From the IMG/VR virus record IMGVR_UViG_3300045911_000150, positions 1 to 57,615 of that record: DNA of 57,615 nt; one strand, 5' to 3'. Source of the DNA: a virus (Duplodnaviria; Caudoviricetes). The notes under the pieces were generated by a model. It worked only from the letters and a program-made list of their open reading frames with translations, was not told where the DNA came from and ran no database searches. The position numbers were made by a program, and so were the translations under genes. Below, piece after piece: positions 1-9,050 of the stretch. Position 1 is the stretch's first letter; each line of letters begins with the position of its first letter.

Positions 1-120
1 AGTTTGTGACACATGTCACAAACTCCGCTAGGTGTTGCGGGGTTCATGTTCGGTCCAGCGAGTTTGTGACACATGTCACAAACTCCGCTAGGTGTTGCGG
101 GGTTCATGTTCGGTCCAGCG
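1..120. repeat. 2 x 60-bp tandem repeat, each unit starting with the palindrome AGTTTGTGACACATGTCACAAACT
   Basis: 1-60 is identical to 61-120. Confidence 0.95.
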
Positions 121-126
121 AGTTTG
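1..126 (+). repeat. Terminal direct repeat / assembly overlap, identical to 57490-57615
   Basis: Base-for-base match; contains two copies of a 60-bp unit. Confidence 0.95.
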
Positions 127-262
127 CTACGCGGCGTAGCAAAGTCTATTCGAGGGCTTGCGCGAGTGTGCACTAGCAAGTTTGCTACGCGGCGTAGCAA
201 AGTCTATTCAAGGGCTTGCGCGAGTGCGCACTAGCAAGTTTGCTACGCGGCGTAGCAAACTT
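121..262. repeat. 58-bp-period tandem repeat carrying a second palindrome, TTTGCTACGCGGCGTAGCAAA (123-143, 181-201, 239-259)
   Basis: 10-bp perfect arms; spacers near-identical. Confidence 0.9.
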
Positions 263-388
263 GTTCTGGTTTTGTTCGTTTCCGGGGTGCACGGGTCTGC
301 CAGCCTCTGCCACCGGAGCCTGTCGGAAAGGGTCTGCTGCGCGGCCTGGCGGCCTGACTACGGTCCCGCAAGGGATGGGGGCGGGCAC

Positions 389-418
389 GAAAAGCCCCCG
401 GCCTTGCGGCTCGGGGGC
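389..418 (-). terminator. Probable intrinsic terminator
   Basis: On the - strand, GCCCCCGAGCCGCAAGGCCGGGGGC hairpin followed by TTTT, just after ORF 427-555. Confidence 0.7.
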
Positions 419-426
419 GGTGGCGG

Positions 427-555
427 TCAGCGCCGGAAGGTTCGGTCGGCGATGATGTAACAGGCCAGGGCGGCGAGGACGATCGCGACCAGGATGGCGG
501 CGGGGCTCAGGCTGGCCAGAGGGTCGAGGATCGACGGGGCGGAAACGGTTTTCAT
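427..555 (-). CDS. Small membrane protein, 42 aa (MKTVSAPSILDPLASLSPAAILVAIVLAALACYIIADRTFRR); not in the ORF track
   Basis: ATG preceded by the same CACACAAGGATGACTGCC leader as the neighbouring gene; one hydrophobic helix; terminator follows. Confidence 0.7.
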   Translation of the reverse strand: MKTVSAPSILDPLASLSPAAILVAIVLAALACYIIADRTFRR

Positions 556-926
556 GGCAGTCATCCTTGTGTGTGAGGGGAGGGTGGAGGGGCCCCTTGC
601 GGGGCCCCGTCAGACAGCTCGGAACTAGGTGTCCAGCGTGTAGAAGCACACCGGGAAGGGTTTCGTGTAGGAGCACACCGGGACGGGTTTCATCCACCAG
701 ATTTCCGGATGTCGCGGACCATCGAGTTCCTTACAGAGAATGGCCGCGATGTGGTCGTTAAACTTGGTCGCGTTAAACGCGTAAGTGGTCCAGCCGTGGG
801 CCGCGTCAAGGTAGAAGCGCGTGCCGTCAGGGCTGTCCCAGCAAACGGCGTTGGCATCATAGGCACTCATGGCAGTCATCCTTGTGAGTGAGGGGAGGGT
901 GGAGGGGCCCCTTGTGGGGCCCCGTC
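552..926. repeat. 60-bp direct repeats (552-611 and 867-926, 2 mismatches) flanking one gene
   Basis: Each copy, read on the - strand, is a GGGGCCCC hairpin plus CA-rich leader, RBS and ATG. Confidence 0.9.
625..870 (-). CDS. Hypothetical early protein (about 81 aa)
   Basis: ATG at 870 behind the repeated leader/RBS. Confidence 0.65.
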   Translation of the reverse strand: MSAYDANAVCWDSPDGTRFYLDAAHGWTTYAFNATKFNDHIAAILCKELDGPRHPEIWWMKPVPVCSYTKPFPVCFYTLDT

Positions 927-929
927 CGA

Positions 930-1577
930 TCAGTCGGCCTTGGGGGCCAAGGCCCGGATCGCGGCCATCTGGGCAGCGGTCGGTTTCTTCGGCGAGATGG
1001 CCGCGGCCTGAAGCAGGTAGGCCGCCATGTCTCGCAGCAGGCTGTCCCAGCCCTTGGCGTTCGTCACCTTGGGGATGGTCAAGGTCGGGGCGGCCGGGGC
1101 GTCAGCCTTCGGGGCGTCAGCCTTCGGGGCGTCAGCCTTCGGGGCGTCAGCCTTCGGGGCGTCAGCCTTCGGGGCGTCAACCTTCGGGGCGGCAGCATCC
1201 GAGGTGTCAGCATCCGAGATGTCAGCCTTCGGGGTGCGCGCGCCCCGCTTGCCGCCCTGCTTGGAGGGCGATTGCAGCTCAAGCGCAGCCAGAAGCCGGA
1301 TCAGGGCGCTGCGCGCAGCGTTGTCGGCAGCCTTGTACCAGTCGGGGCGGGAGTCGGGCGCCTTGTGCCACTTGGCCATGATGGCCAGGTTGGCCTGATT
1401 GGCAGCCAGCTTGCCATAGCGAAGCACATAGCCCAGCTTGAAATCAGCGCAGGTGCTGCCACAGGCAACGCCATTCGTGGCGGTGGCCATGAAGACATGG
1501 CGGGCAGCGTCATAAAGACGTGCGTCCATGTCGCGCGCCATGGCGCCAACGGCGCGGGCGGAAAGGTAGGTAGGCAT
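930..1577 (-). CDS. Hypothetical early protein with (ADAPK)n linker; paralog of 56556-57365
   Basis: GGAGA RBS; 15-bp tandem repeats; shares the AAR-A-RLLA-L-LQS-QGG-R motif. Confidence 0.8.
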   Translation of the reverse strand: MPTYLSARAVGAMARDMDARLYDAARHVFMATATNGVACGSTCADFKLGYVLRYGKLAANQANLAIMAKWHKAPDSRPDWYKAADNAARSALIRLLAALELQSPSKQGGKRGARTPKADISDADTSDAAAPKVDAPKADAPKADAPKADAPKADAPKADAPAAPTLTIPKVTNAKGWDSLLRDMAAYLLQAAAISPKKPTAAQMAAIRALAPKAD

Positions 1578-1721
1578 AGTCAGTCTCCGATGTTTCCGTC
1601 GGGGTTCATTCCCGCGACAAGGCCGGTATCGACTCGGAATGTGGCGAAATTAAGGCAGCACGTTTCCGCCCTGGAAAATGTCGCCGCGCGGATTGGAAAC
1701 AATCGTCCTCCCCCTCCCCCT

Positions 1722-2019
1722 CGCGCACCCGCGCACCCGCGCGCACCCGCGCACCCGCGCGCACCCGCACCCGCGCGCACCCGCGCACCCGCGCACCCGC
1801 GCACCCGCGCACCCGCACCCGCACCCGCACCCGCACCCGCGCGCACCCGCACCCGCGCGCACCCGCGCACCCGCGCACCCGCGCACCCGCGCACCCGCGC
1901 GCACCCGCGCACCCGCGCACCCGCGCACCCGCGCACCCGCACCCGCACCCGCACCCGCACCCGCACCCGCGCCCGCACCCGCACCCGCACCCGCACTTGC
2001 ACCCGCGCACCCGCACCCG
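1722..2019. repeat. About 300-bp microsatellite of GCACCC/GCGCACCC units
   Basis: Seen directly; non-coding gap between the divergent arms. Confidence 0.95.
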
Positions 2020-2285
2020 TCCTAAGAATCCTTTTCTCGGCCCGAGGGGGCCCGAGGGGGGTTGGGTCTGGAGCCCCCGCTTGCCCGCTTGACCATCCCC
2101 CATCTACGCCAGCCAAAAACCCCAAACAAATCAACAACTTGTAGCAAACTCTGCCAAAACCCCCAAACAAATCAGCAACCTGTAGAAAATTTTCCCAGAA
2201 AAACCCCAAATCAGCCCTCAACAAGTTGCAAACTCCTCTCAACCCCGACTGGACAGACCGGATCGCAGGCGCTATCTTCCCGGAC

Positions 2286-2699
2286 ATGAACATGGTCACC
2301 ACACCTGCGGACTTCGATGACACTGGCCTGGTCCAGCTGTATCCGCCGATGCTGCCGGTGGAGCTGGCGCTGCGGATCAACTCGCCGAAGGCGATCTGCG
2401 AGGCCTACGGACTCACGCGGGAGGAGTTCGAGGAGCTGGCGGCCAACCCGACGTTTCAGGCCGACCTGAAGCGGGCGATGGAGGCTGTCCGTCGGGACGG
2501 CATGAGCTTCAAGCTGAAGGCGCGGCTGCAGGCCGAGGAGCTGCTGAAGACCTCGTGGACGCTGATCCACAACCCGGCGATCCCGCCTGGTGTCCGGGCG
2601 GACCTGATCAAGTTCACCATCCGGGCGGCAGGGCTGGATGGCAGCAAGGAGCTGGCGGAGGCCGGGCGTCCGACCCTGAGCATTCAGGTCAACCTGTGA
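2286..2699 (+). CDS. terS: Probable terminase small subunit (start uncertain)
   Basis: Small helical protein whose stop overlaps the TerL start (GTGA). Confidence 0.65.
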   Translation: MNMVTTPADFDDTGLVQLYPPMLPVELALRINSPKAICEAYGLTREEFEELAANPTFQADLKRAMEAVRRDGMSFKLKARLQAEELLKTSWTLIHNPAIPPGVRADLIKFTIRAAGLDGSKELAEAGRPTLSIQVNL

Positions 2700-4114
2700 G
2701 CCAGATCGTCTATACGCCGCCGCCGACGTTGAAGCGGTTCATCCGGCATTGCTTGCCTGGCGAGCTGTTCTACTCCTGGGCCTTGGGCCCGGTCGGTGGG
2801 GGGAAGACGACGGCGATCTTCTTCAAGCTGGTGCACATGGCGCGGCTGCAGGCGCCCGGACCGGACGGGATCCGCCGGACACGTGCCGTGGTCGTGCGGA
2901 ACACCATGCCGCAGCTGAAGGACACCACCATCGCGTCGTGGAACACGTGGTTTCGCGACGGTGTGGCAGGGGAGTGGAAGGAGACCGAGAAGAAGTTCGT
3001 GCTCCGGTTCGACGATGTGGAGTGCGAGGTCCTGTTCCGGGCGCTCGACACCGCGGACGACGTGGCGCGGGTGCTGTCGCTTGAGGTGACCTTTGCCCTG
3101 ATCGACGAGTTCGTGCAGATCCCGCGCGCCGTCGTGGACGCGCTGTCTGCGCGACTGGGGCGCTACCCGTCGGCCAGGGATGGCGGCGCGACGAACTGGG
3201 GGATGTGGGGGGCGTCGAACACCGACACCGAGGACAACTGGTGGTTCGACTACCTGCACGCCGAGCTGCCGTCGAACGCGGCGACCTTCGTGCAGCCGTC
3301 GGGCTTCAGCCCGGACGCCGAGAACCTGGAGAACCTGCCGGGCGGGGCGGCGTACTACACCAACCAGGCGATCGGGAAGTCTCAGGCCTGGGTGAAGCAG
3401 TTCATCGAGGTGGAGTGGGGGTATTCGGTTGCCGGCAAGCCGGTGGTGCCCGCGTTCAGTCCTGCAGTCCACGTCAGCAACAAGCCCCTGATGTACGACC
3501 CGCGGCTGCCGCTCGTGGCCGGGTTCGACCCCGGGCTGGGCGGGTCGGCGTTCGTCTTCGGGCAGCAGGACCTGCACGGGCGCCTGATCGTGCTGGGCGA
3601 GCTGATCAGGTCCAACATCAGCGTCGTGCGGCTGATCGAGGAGGCCGTCAGGCCGTACATCCGGCGGCGGTTCCCGGACGCCCAGCTGATCGTGGCGCCG
3701 GACCCGGCCGCCAGCGGGCGCAGCTCGACGGACGCCCGCAGCGTCGTGGACATCCTGCGCAAGTACTTCGACGTGAAGGTGGAAAGCAACAACCGCCTGC
3801 CGCTGCGGCTGGATGCCATCGACCACTTCGCGACCCGGTTGACGGGGGCGGGGCCCGCGCTGCAGGTGGACGCACGGGAATGCCCCGTGCTGGTGCGCGC
3901 GCTCAAGGGCGGGTGGCGCTACGTGCTGGACAACAGGCGCGACGTGGTGCGCAGCCTGGAGCCCGAGAAGAATGCCTACAGCCACCCGGGCGACGCCTTC
4001 GGGTACCTCGCGCGCTACTTCCATCGACAAACCGAGCGGGAGATGCGACACAGGTTGCTGCCCGGGCCGCGGCAGCTGCTGAGGTCGACCGGCACGAACT
4101 ATCACTTCGGGTGA
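2696..4114 (+). CDS. terL: Terminase large subunit
   Basis: Walker A GPVGGGKTT, Walker B ALIDEF, RNase H-like nuclease GFDPG, C-terminal SHPGDAFGY; GTG start. Confidence 0.93.
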   Translation: MSQIVYTPPPTLKRFIRHCLPGELFYSWALGPVGGGKTTAIFFKLVHMARLQAPGPDGIRRTRAVVVRNTMPQLKDTTIASWNTWFRDGVAGEWKETEKKFVLRFDDVECEVLFRALDTADDVARVLSLEVTFALIDEFVQIPRAVVDALSARLGRYPSARDGGATNWGMWGASNTDTEDNWWFDYLHAELPSNAATFVQPSGFSPDAENLENLPGGAAYYTNQAIGKSQAWVKQFIEVEWGYSVAGKPVVPAFSPAVHVSNKPLMYDPRLPLVAGFDPGLGGSAFVFGQQDLHGRLIVLGELIRSNISVVRLIEEAVRPYIRRRFPDAQLIVAPDPAASGRSSTDARSVVDILRKYFDVKVESNNRLPLRLDAIDHFATRLTGAGPALQVDARECPVLVRALKGGWRYVLDNRRDVVRSLEPEKNAYSHPGDAFGYLARYFHRQTEREMRHRLLPGPRQLLRSTGTNYHFG

Positions 4115-4118
4115 CCCC

Positions 4119-6197
4119 ATGAGCGACAACGCACTGCAGGCCGTCCGCATCGAGACCGCTCGGCCCGACAGCGCGCCGGCGCAGAACCTGAAGCCGGCGG
4201 ACCTGGAGACGCTGGGCCAGAACCTCGTGCGCACCTTCGAGCAGTACCGCAGCGACCGGCACGAGATCGAGCGGAAGTGGCTCAGGAACCTGCGCCAGTA
4301 CCTGGGCGTCTACGACCCGGAGGTGAACAGGGAGCTCCCGCTCCGGCGGTCGAGGGCCTACCCGCGCATCACGCGGGTCAAGGCGATCTCGGTGCTGTCG
4401 CGGCTGATGAACCTGATGTTCCCCGGCAACGAGAAGAACTGGGAGCTGAAAGCCAGCCCGTCGGCCGACATCGACCCCGAGGAGGTCCGCCAGCTCCTGC
4501 AGGAGATGATGCGGCAGGACGAGGCGGCCGGGGTGCCGCCCAGCCCGCCGTCGCGGGAGGCCGTGCACCAGGCCGTGCAGGCCCTGGCCGCCGAGCGCGC
4601 GGCCGAGCTGGAGCGGGAGATCGAGGACCAGCTGCAGGAGATCGGCAAGGACCAGACCATGGACTACATCACCATGGTCCGCCATGTCGTGAAGTCAGGG
4701 ATCCTCTACGGGGTGGGCGCGCTGGAAGGACCCATGGTACAGGAAGCCACGGTCACCGTCTGGGACGTGGACGAGAACGGCCAGCCCACCGTGGACCAGC
4801 GGACCAGCTACAAGCCCGTGTTCGAGGTGCTGCCGGTCTGGGACTTCTACCCCGACCTGACGGCCAAGAGTCTCCACGAGATGGACGGCTACTTCGCCCG
4901 CAAGATCATGTCGCGCGGGCAGTTGCGCAAGCTCGGGGACCGGCCGGACTTCCTCCGCGCCCAGATCAGGCGCGTGATCGCGCGCCACCCGCAGGGCAAC
5001 TACAAGGCGCTCAGCTTCGAGAGCGAGCTGCGCAGCATGGGCGTCCGGGCGCAGCTGTCCGACACCAAGAGCGGCGCGGAGCGGTACGAGGTCATCATCT
5101 GGCGCGGGCTGGTGTCCGGCACGGCCCTGGTCGAGGCCGGCGTGGATGTGCCCGAGGAGCACCGCGACCGGGACATCGAGGCCGAGGTCTGGCTGGTCGA
5201 CAACCTCGTCATCAAGGTCGACATCAACGCCTGGCGGAAGCTCGGGGTCGAGATGCGCCAGATCCACACCTTCGTGTTCGACGAGGACGACACCGCGCCG
5301 GTCGGCAACGGACTGCCCAACATCATGCGGGACAGCCAGATGGCGATCTGCGCGGCGGCGCGCATGGTGCTCGACAACGGCTCGGTCATCGCGGGGCCGA
5401 ACCTGGAGGTCAACACCGACCTGCTGCGCGCCGATCAGGACATCGGACAGGTCGAGGCGCACAAGATCTGGTACCGCGAGGGCACCGGGCAGGACGCCAA
5501 CGTCCCGGCGGTGCGGAACGTGCCCATCAACAGCTACCTCAACGAGCTGCTGCAGGTCATCGAGCTGTTCATGCGGTTCGCCGACATGGAGACCTTCGTC
5601 GGGCCGGGCACCGGGGGCGAGCAGCGCGGCGCCTCCGAGCCCATGCGGACCGCAGCCGGGGCCTCCATGCTCCGCGCCGACGCGGCGCTGCCGTTCAAGG
5701 ACATCGTGCGAAACTTCGACAGCTTCACCCAGTCGGTGATCCAGGCACTGGTGGCCTTCAACCGGACCTTCAACCCGAAAGTCCGCCCGGGCGACTACAG
5801 CGTGATCGCGCGCGGCGCGACCAGTCTGATCGCCAAGGAGGTCCGCGGCATCCAGCTCGACCAGATGGCGGCGACCCTCAGCCCCGAGGACCGGCTGCAC
5901 ATCAACGACCGCAAGTTCATCAAGGCGCGCTTCGATGTGCGCGACCTGGCGGACATGCTGGTGCCGGAGGATGAGGTCGAGCGGCGGCAGAAGGCAGGCC
6001 AGCAGCGGGTGCAGCAGCAGGCCGAGCAGCAGAGCAAGCTGGCCGAGGCCCAGATCCGCAAGCTCCTGTCGGATGCCCTCAAGAACATCGCCCAGAGCAA
6101 GAAGAACGCGGCCAACGCAGATGCCACCCAGATGAAAATCATGCTGGACATGCTGGCCCAGACCATGGAGAGCGGCGGAAATGGTGACGACACCTAA
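4119..6197 (+). CDS. Portal protein
   Basis: 692 aa directly after TerL; WDFYPD motif; C-terminal Q-rich coiled coil typical of podovirus portals. Confidence 0.85.
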   Translation: MSDNALQAVRIETARPDSAPAQNLKPADLETLGQNLVRTFEQYRSDRHEIERKWLRNLRQYLGVYDPEVNRELPLRRSRAYPRITRVKAISVLSRLMNLMFPGNEKNWELKASPSADIDPEEVRQLLQEMMRQDEAAGVPPSPPSREAVHQAVQALAAERAAELEREIEDQLQEIGKDQTMDYITMVRHVVKSGILYGVGALEGPMVQEATVTVWDVDENGQPTVDQRTSYKPVFEVLPVWDFYPDLTAKSLHEMDGYFARKIMSRGQLRKLGDRPDFLRAQIRRVIARHPQGNYKALSFESELRSMGVRAQLSDTKSGAERYEVIIWRGLVSGTALVEAGVDVPEEHRDRDIEAEVWLVDNLVIKVDINAWRKLGVEMRQIHTFVFDEDDTAPVGNGLPNIMRDSQMAICAAARMVLDNGSVIAGPNLEVNTDLLRADQDIGQVEAHKIWYREGTGQDANVPAVRNVPINSYLNELLQVIELFMRFADMETFVGPGTGGEQRGASEPMRTAAGASMLRADAALPFKDIVRNFDSFTQSVIQALVAFNRTFNPKVRPGDYSVIARGATSLIAKEVRGIQLDQMAATLSPEDRLHINDRKFIKARFDVRDLADMLVPEDEVERRQKAGQQRVQQQAEQQSKLAEAQIRKLLSDALKNIAQSKKNAANADATQMKIMLDMLAQTMESGGNGDDT

Positions 6198-6432
6198 AGT
6201 CCAGCAGTTTGAGCTGGTGAAACAGCTACAGGCCGCGAGCACCGGACACGAGGTGCGGGTGCTCAAGCAGTGGCTGAATCTCCTGCTTGAAGAAGCCAAG
6301 ACAGCTCTGGTAACATGCGCCCAGACGGACTTCCCTCGGCTGCAAGGTGAGGCGCAGGCGTATCGCAAGATGCTGGACCAGCTGACCCGACCGCTCGCGG
6401 CCGGACCCTATAGCAAAGGACCGACCCTATGA
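6181..6432 (+). CDS. Small conserved head-region protein
   Basis: Overlaps both neighbours; RLQGEAQAY motif typical of small post-portal genes. Confidence 0.7.
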   Translation: MVTTPKVQQFELVKQLQAASTGHEVRVLKQWLNLLLEEAKTALVTCAQTDFPRLQGEAQAYRKMLDQLTRPLAAGPYSKGPTL

Positions 6433-7319
6433 ACGACGCTGCTGCCCCGGCCGATGACTTCGACACCGCCTTCGCGACGCTGATGAACGAGGGGGCACCT
6501 GCGGAGGCTCAGGGAGCGCCCGCGGAGGCTCAGGACGCGACCGCGGAGGCGCAGGACGCGCCCGCAGAGGCGCAGGAGGCTCAGGACGCGCCCGCAGAGG
6601 CGCAGGAGGCGCCCGCAGAGGGCCAGGAGGCGCCCGTCGAGGAGAGCGGGGCTCCAGCCGAGGACGACACGCTCTCCGACGACGACTTGCTGGCCCGGTT
6701 CGCGGCGCTGGTGCGCAAGGCTGAGCCGGCTCCGGCGGCACAGCCTGCTGCCCAGCAGCCCGCTGCCCAGGAGCCCGACATCTACACCCCGGAGGAGCGC
6801 CAGCTGCTGGAGTCCTACCAGAAGGACTGGCCCGATGTGGCGCGGGCCGAGCAGCTCGCGCGCCGGGCCGAGTACCGGCAGCTCGTCGGGTACGTGTTCG
6901 AGGAGATCTCCAAGCACCTCCGACCGATCGCCGAAACTGTGGAGGTGCTGTCAACGCGCACCCACCTGGCAGACCTGCAGTCGAAAGTCGGGGACTATGA
7001 CCAGGTACGGGATCGTGTGGTCGAATGGGTCGCGAAGCAGCCGGCCTATTTGCAAACGGCATACAACCATGTTATCGAACAGGGAACCGTCGAGGAGGTC
7101 GCCGACCTGATCGAGCGGTTCAAGCGCGAGTCGGGCGCGACCGCGCAGGGCAACATGGGGCAGACGCAGCCCCGGCAGAAGACTCCCGAGCTGCCCCCGG
7201 CGACCAAGAAAGCGGCTGCCGCGCTGGCCCCAGTCGGATCCAAGCGAGCCCCGGTCTCGCCGACGCTCGACCTCGGAAACTTCGAGGAGGCGTTTGCGAA
7301 GTTCGCGGCGAACCCGTGA
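6429..7319 (+). CDS. Probable capsid scaffolding protein
   Basis: Acidic and helical, with APAEAQE repeats; immediately upstream of the major capsid gene. Confidence 0.7.
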   Translation: MNDAAAPADDFDTAFATLMNEGAPAEAQGAPAEAQDATAEAQDAPAEAQEAQDAPAEAQEAPAEGQEAPVEESGAPAEDDTLSDDDLLARFAALVRKAEPAPAAQPAAQQPAAQEPDIYTPEERQLLESYQKDWPDVARAEQLARRAEYRQLVGYVFEEISKHLRPIAETVEVLSTRTHLADLQSKVGDYDQVRDRVVEWVAKQPAYLQTAYNHVIEQGTVEEVADLIERFKRESGATAQGNMGQTQPRQKTPELPPATKKAAAALAPVGSKRAPVSPTLDLGNFEEAFAKFAANP

Positions 7320-7338
7320 CACCCTCTAGGAGCCCCCA

Positions 7339-8373
7339 ATGAGCATCACCGCCTACGGCGACATCTCGCCTGCCATCGCAGCGTATTCGGTCGTCCGCAT
7401 GCTGAAGCGTGCAATGCCCTACCTGCACATCGAGAAGTTCGGCCAGACCTACGTCTTGCCGACCAACAACACCAACGTGGCCAAGTTTCGCCGGTACTTC
7501 CTGACGGGCGCCGGCGGTTCGGCCGGCTCGGGCGCAGGCAACTTCTTCATCCCGCTGGCGACGACCCCGCTGCTGGAAGGCGTGACCCCGGCGGGCAACC
7601 GCCTGGCGAACCAGGACTACACCGTCACGCTGCAGCAGTACGGCGACTTCATCACGATCTCCGATGTCGTGATGGACACCCACACCGACCCGATCCTCAA
7701 CCAGGCTACCGAGATCCTGGGCGAGCAGGCGGCGGTGACCGTCGAGACGCTGCGGTTCAACGTGCTGCGGGCCGGGCTGAACGTGTTCCTGGCCAACCTG
7801 GTCGGTACGCGGGGCGGCATCGTTACCGCGATCTCGCTGGCCGACCAGCGGCGCGTCACCACCGCGCTGAACCGCCAGAACGCCCGCAAGATCAGCTCGG
7901 TCGTGGCCTCGACCCCCGACTTCAACACCAAGTCGGTCGAGGCGGCGTACATGGCGATCTGCCACCCGGACTTGGAGTCGGACATCCGCTCGATGACCGG
8001 GTTCAAGCCGGTCGCGGACTACGGCTCGCACACCTCGCCGTTCGAGGGCGAGATCGGCTCGGTCGAGCAGGTGCGCTATCTGTCCTCGACGGTCTTCGAG
8101 CCCTGGCTGGGCGAGGGCGGCGCGGTCTCGGCGGCGTTCCGGCGCACGGGGTCGAACGCGGACGTGTATCCGATCCTGTACTTCGCGCGCGATGCGTTCG
8201 GCATCGTGCCGCTGAAGGGCAAGTCGTCGATGACGCCCATGGTCGTCAACCCCAAGCCGGCGGCGGGCGACCCCCTCGGCCAGCGTGGGACTGTCGGCTG
8301 GAAGCTGTGGCACGGCACGGTCATCCTCCAGGACGCCTTCATGGTGCGCCTGGAAGTGGCCTGCAGTGCCTGA
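7339..8373 (+). CDS. Major capsid protein, N4-gp56 family
   Basis: YGDISP N-terminus, LEGVTP, QYGDF, EGEIG, DPLGQRGTVGWK; AGGAG RBS. Confidence 0.9.
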   Translation: MSITAYGDISPAIAAYSVVRMLKRAMPYLHIEKFGQTYVLPTNNTNVAKFRRYFLTGAGGSAGSGAGNFFIPLATTPLLEGVTPAGNRLANQDYTVTLQQYGDFITISDVVMDTHTDPILNQATEILGEQAAVTVETLRFNVLRAGLNVFLANLVGTRGGIVTAISLADQRRVTTALNRQNARKISSVVASTPDFNTKSVEAAYMAICHPDLESDIRSMTGFKPVADYGSHTSPFEGEIGSVEQVRYLSSTVFEPWLGEGGAVSAAFRRTGSNADVYPILYFARDAFGIVPLKGKSSMTPMVVNPKPAAGDPLGQRGTVGWKLWHGTVILQDAFMVRLEVACSA

Positions 8374-8380
8374 TGAACCG

Positions 8381-8400
8381 GGGAGGGCTTCGGCCCTCCC
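8381..8400 (+). terminator. Hairpin after the capsid gene (GGGAGGGC-TTCG-GCCCTCCC)
   Basis: 8-bp stem and UUCG loop; no U-tract. Confidence 0.55.
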
Positions 8401-8430
8401 TGACCCCCACACCTTCCAGGAGCAACCTCC

Positions 8431-8751
8431 ATGATCGTCACCACGCTTCCCCGCAACACATCGGCCGGTCTGGCCAACCTGGCGACCGGCTCGTTCACCA
8501 CGCCTGACCCTGCCGAGCTCATCACCGTGATCTGCGGCTTCCGCCCGCGTCGGGTCGAGCTGATCAACGCGACCACGCCCACCGTGCTCGTCAAGACCGC
8601 GAGCATGGACGCCGGAGCGACGTTCCGGCAGGTCGCGGCGGGCACCGGCACGATCCAGACCGGCCACATCACGCTGACCGACGAAGGCTTCACCTTGGCC
8701 GCGACCCCGGCCGGTGCGGCGCAGACCTGGCACTACGCGGCTCAGGACTGA
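8431..8751 (+). CDS. Probable capsid decoration/minor structural protein
   Basis: AGGAG RBS; beta-rich, T/A-rich; CGFRPRRV motif; followed by a hairpin at about 8755-8780. Confidence 0.6.
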   Translation: MIVTTLPRNTSAGLANLATGSFTTPDPAELITVICGFRPRRVELINATTPTVLVKTASMDAGATFRQVAAGTGTIQTGHITLTDEGFTLAATPAGAAQTWHYAAQD

Positions 8752-8804
8752 CCAGAGAGGGGCCCTTGCAGGCCCCTCTCGCACACACGAAAGCGATCTC
8801 CGCA

Positions 8805-9050
8805 ATGGCATACAACGACCCGATCAGCATCGAGCGCACCGGCAACGGGTTCATCGTCTGCGTGCGGGACCCCGAGATCGAGGCGCAGAACCGCAAGGAG
8901 AGGGCCCCGTGGCGGGACCCGCAGCTGAAGTTCTCGTTCGAGACGATCGACTCCGTGGTGGAGTTCGTCAAGAAGGCCCTGAGCGACATGTCCTCGGAGG
9001 ACCCGTACACAACCGCCTTTGCGAAGGCCATGAAGGAGAGCGTGAAGTGA
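8805..9050 (+). CDS. Hypothetical protein
   Basis: Phage-like codon usage; coupled to the next gene. Confidence 0.65.
   Translation: MAYNDPISIERTGNGFIVCVRDPEIEAQNRKERAPWRDPQLKFSFETIDSVVEFVKKALSDMSSEDPYTTAFAKAMKESVK

Noticed and set aside
1-262. CRISPR array (palindromic repeats at about 60-bp period)
   Set aside because: The intervening sequences are identical or near-identical rather than unique spacers, and there is no cas operon
888-2380. Long ORFs crossing the microsatellite (888-2144 +, 1580-2380 -, 1606-2103 - and others)
   Set aside because: They stay open only because the repeat has no stop codons; the products are low-complexity and lack an RBS
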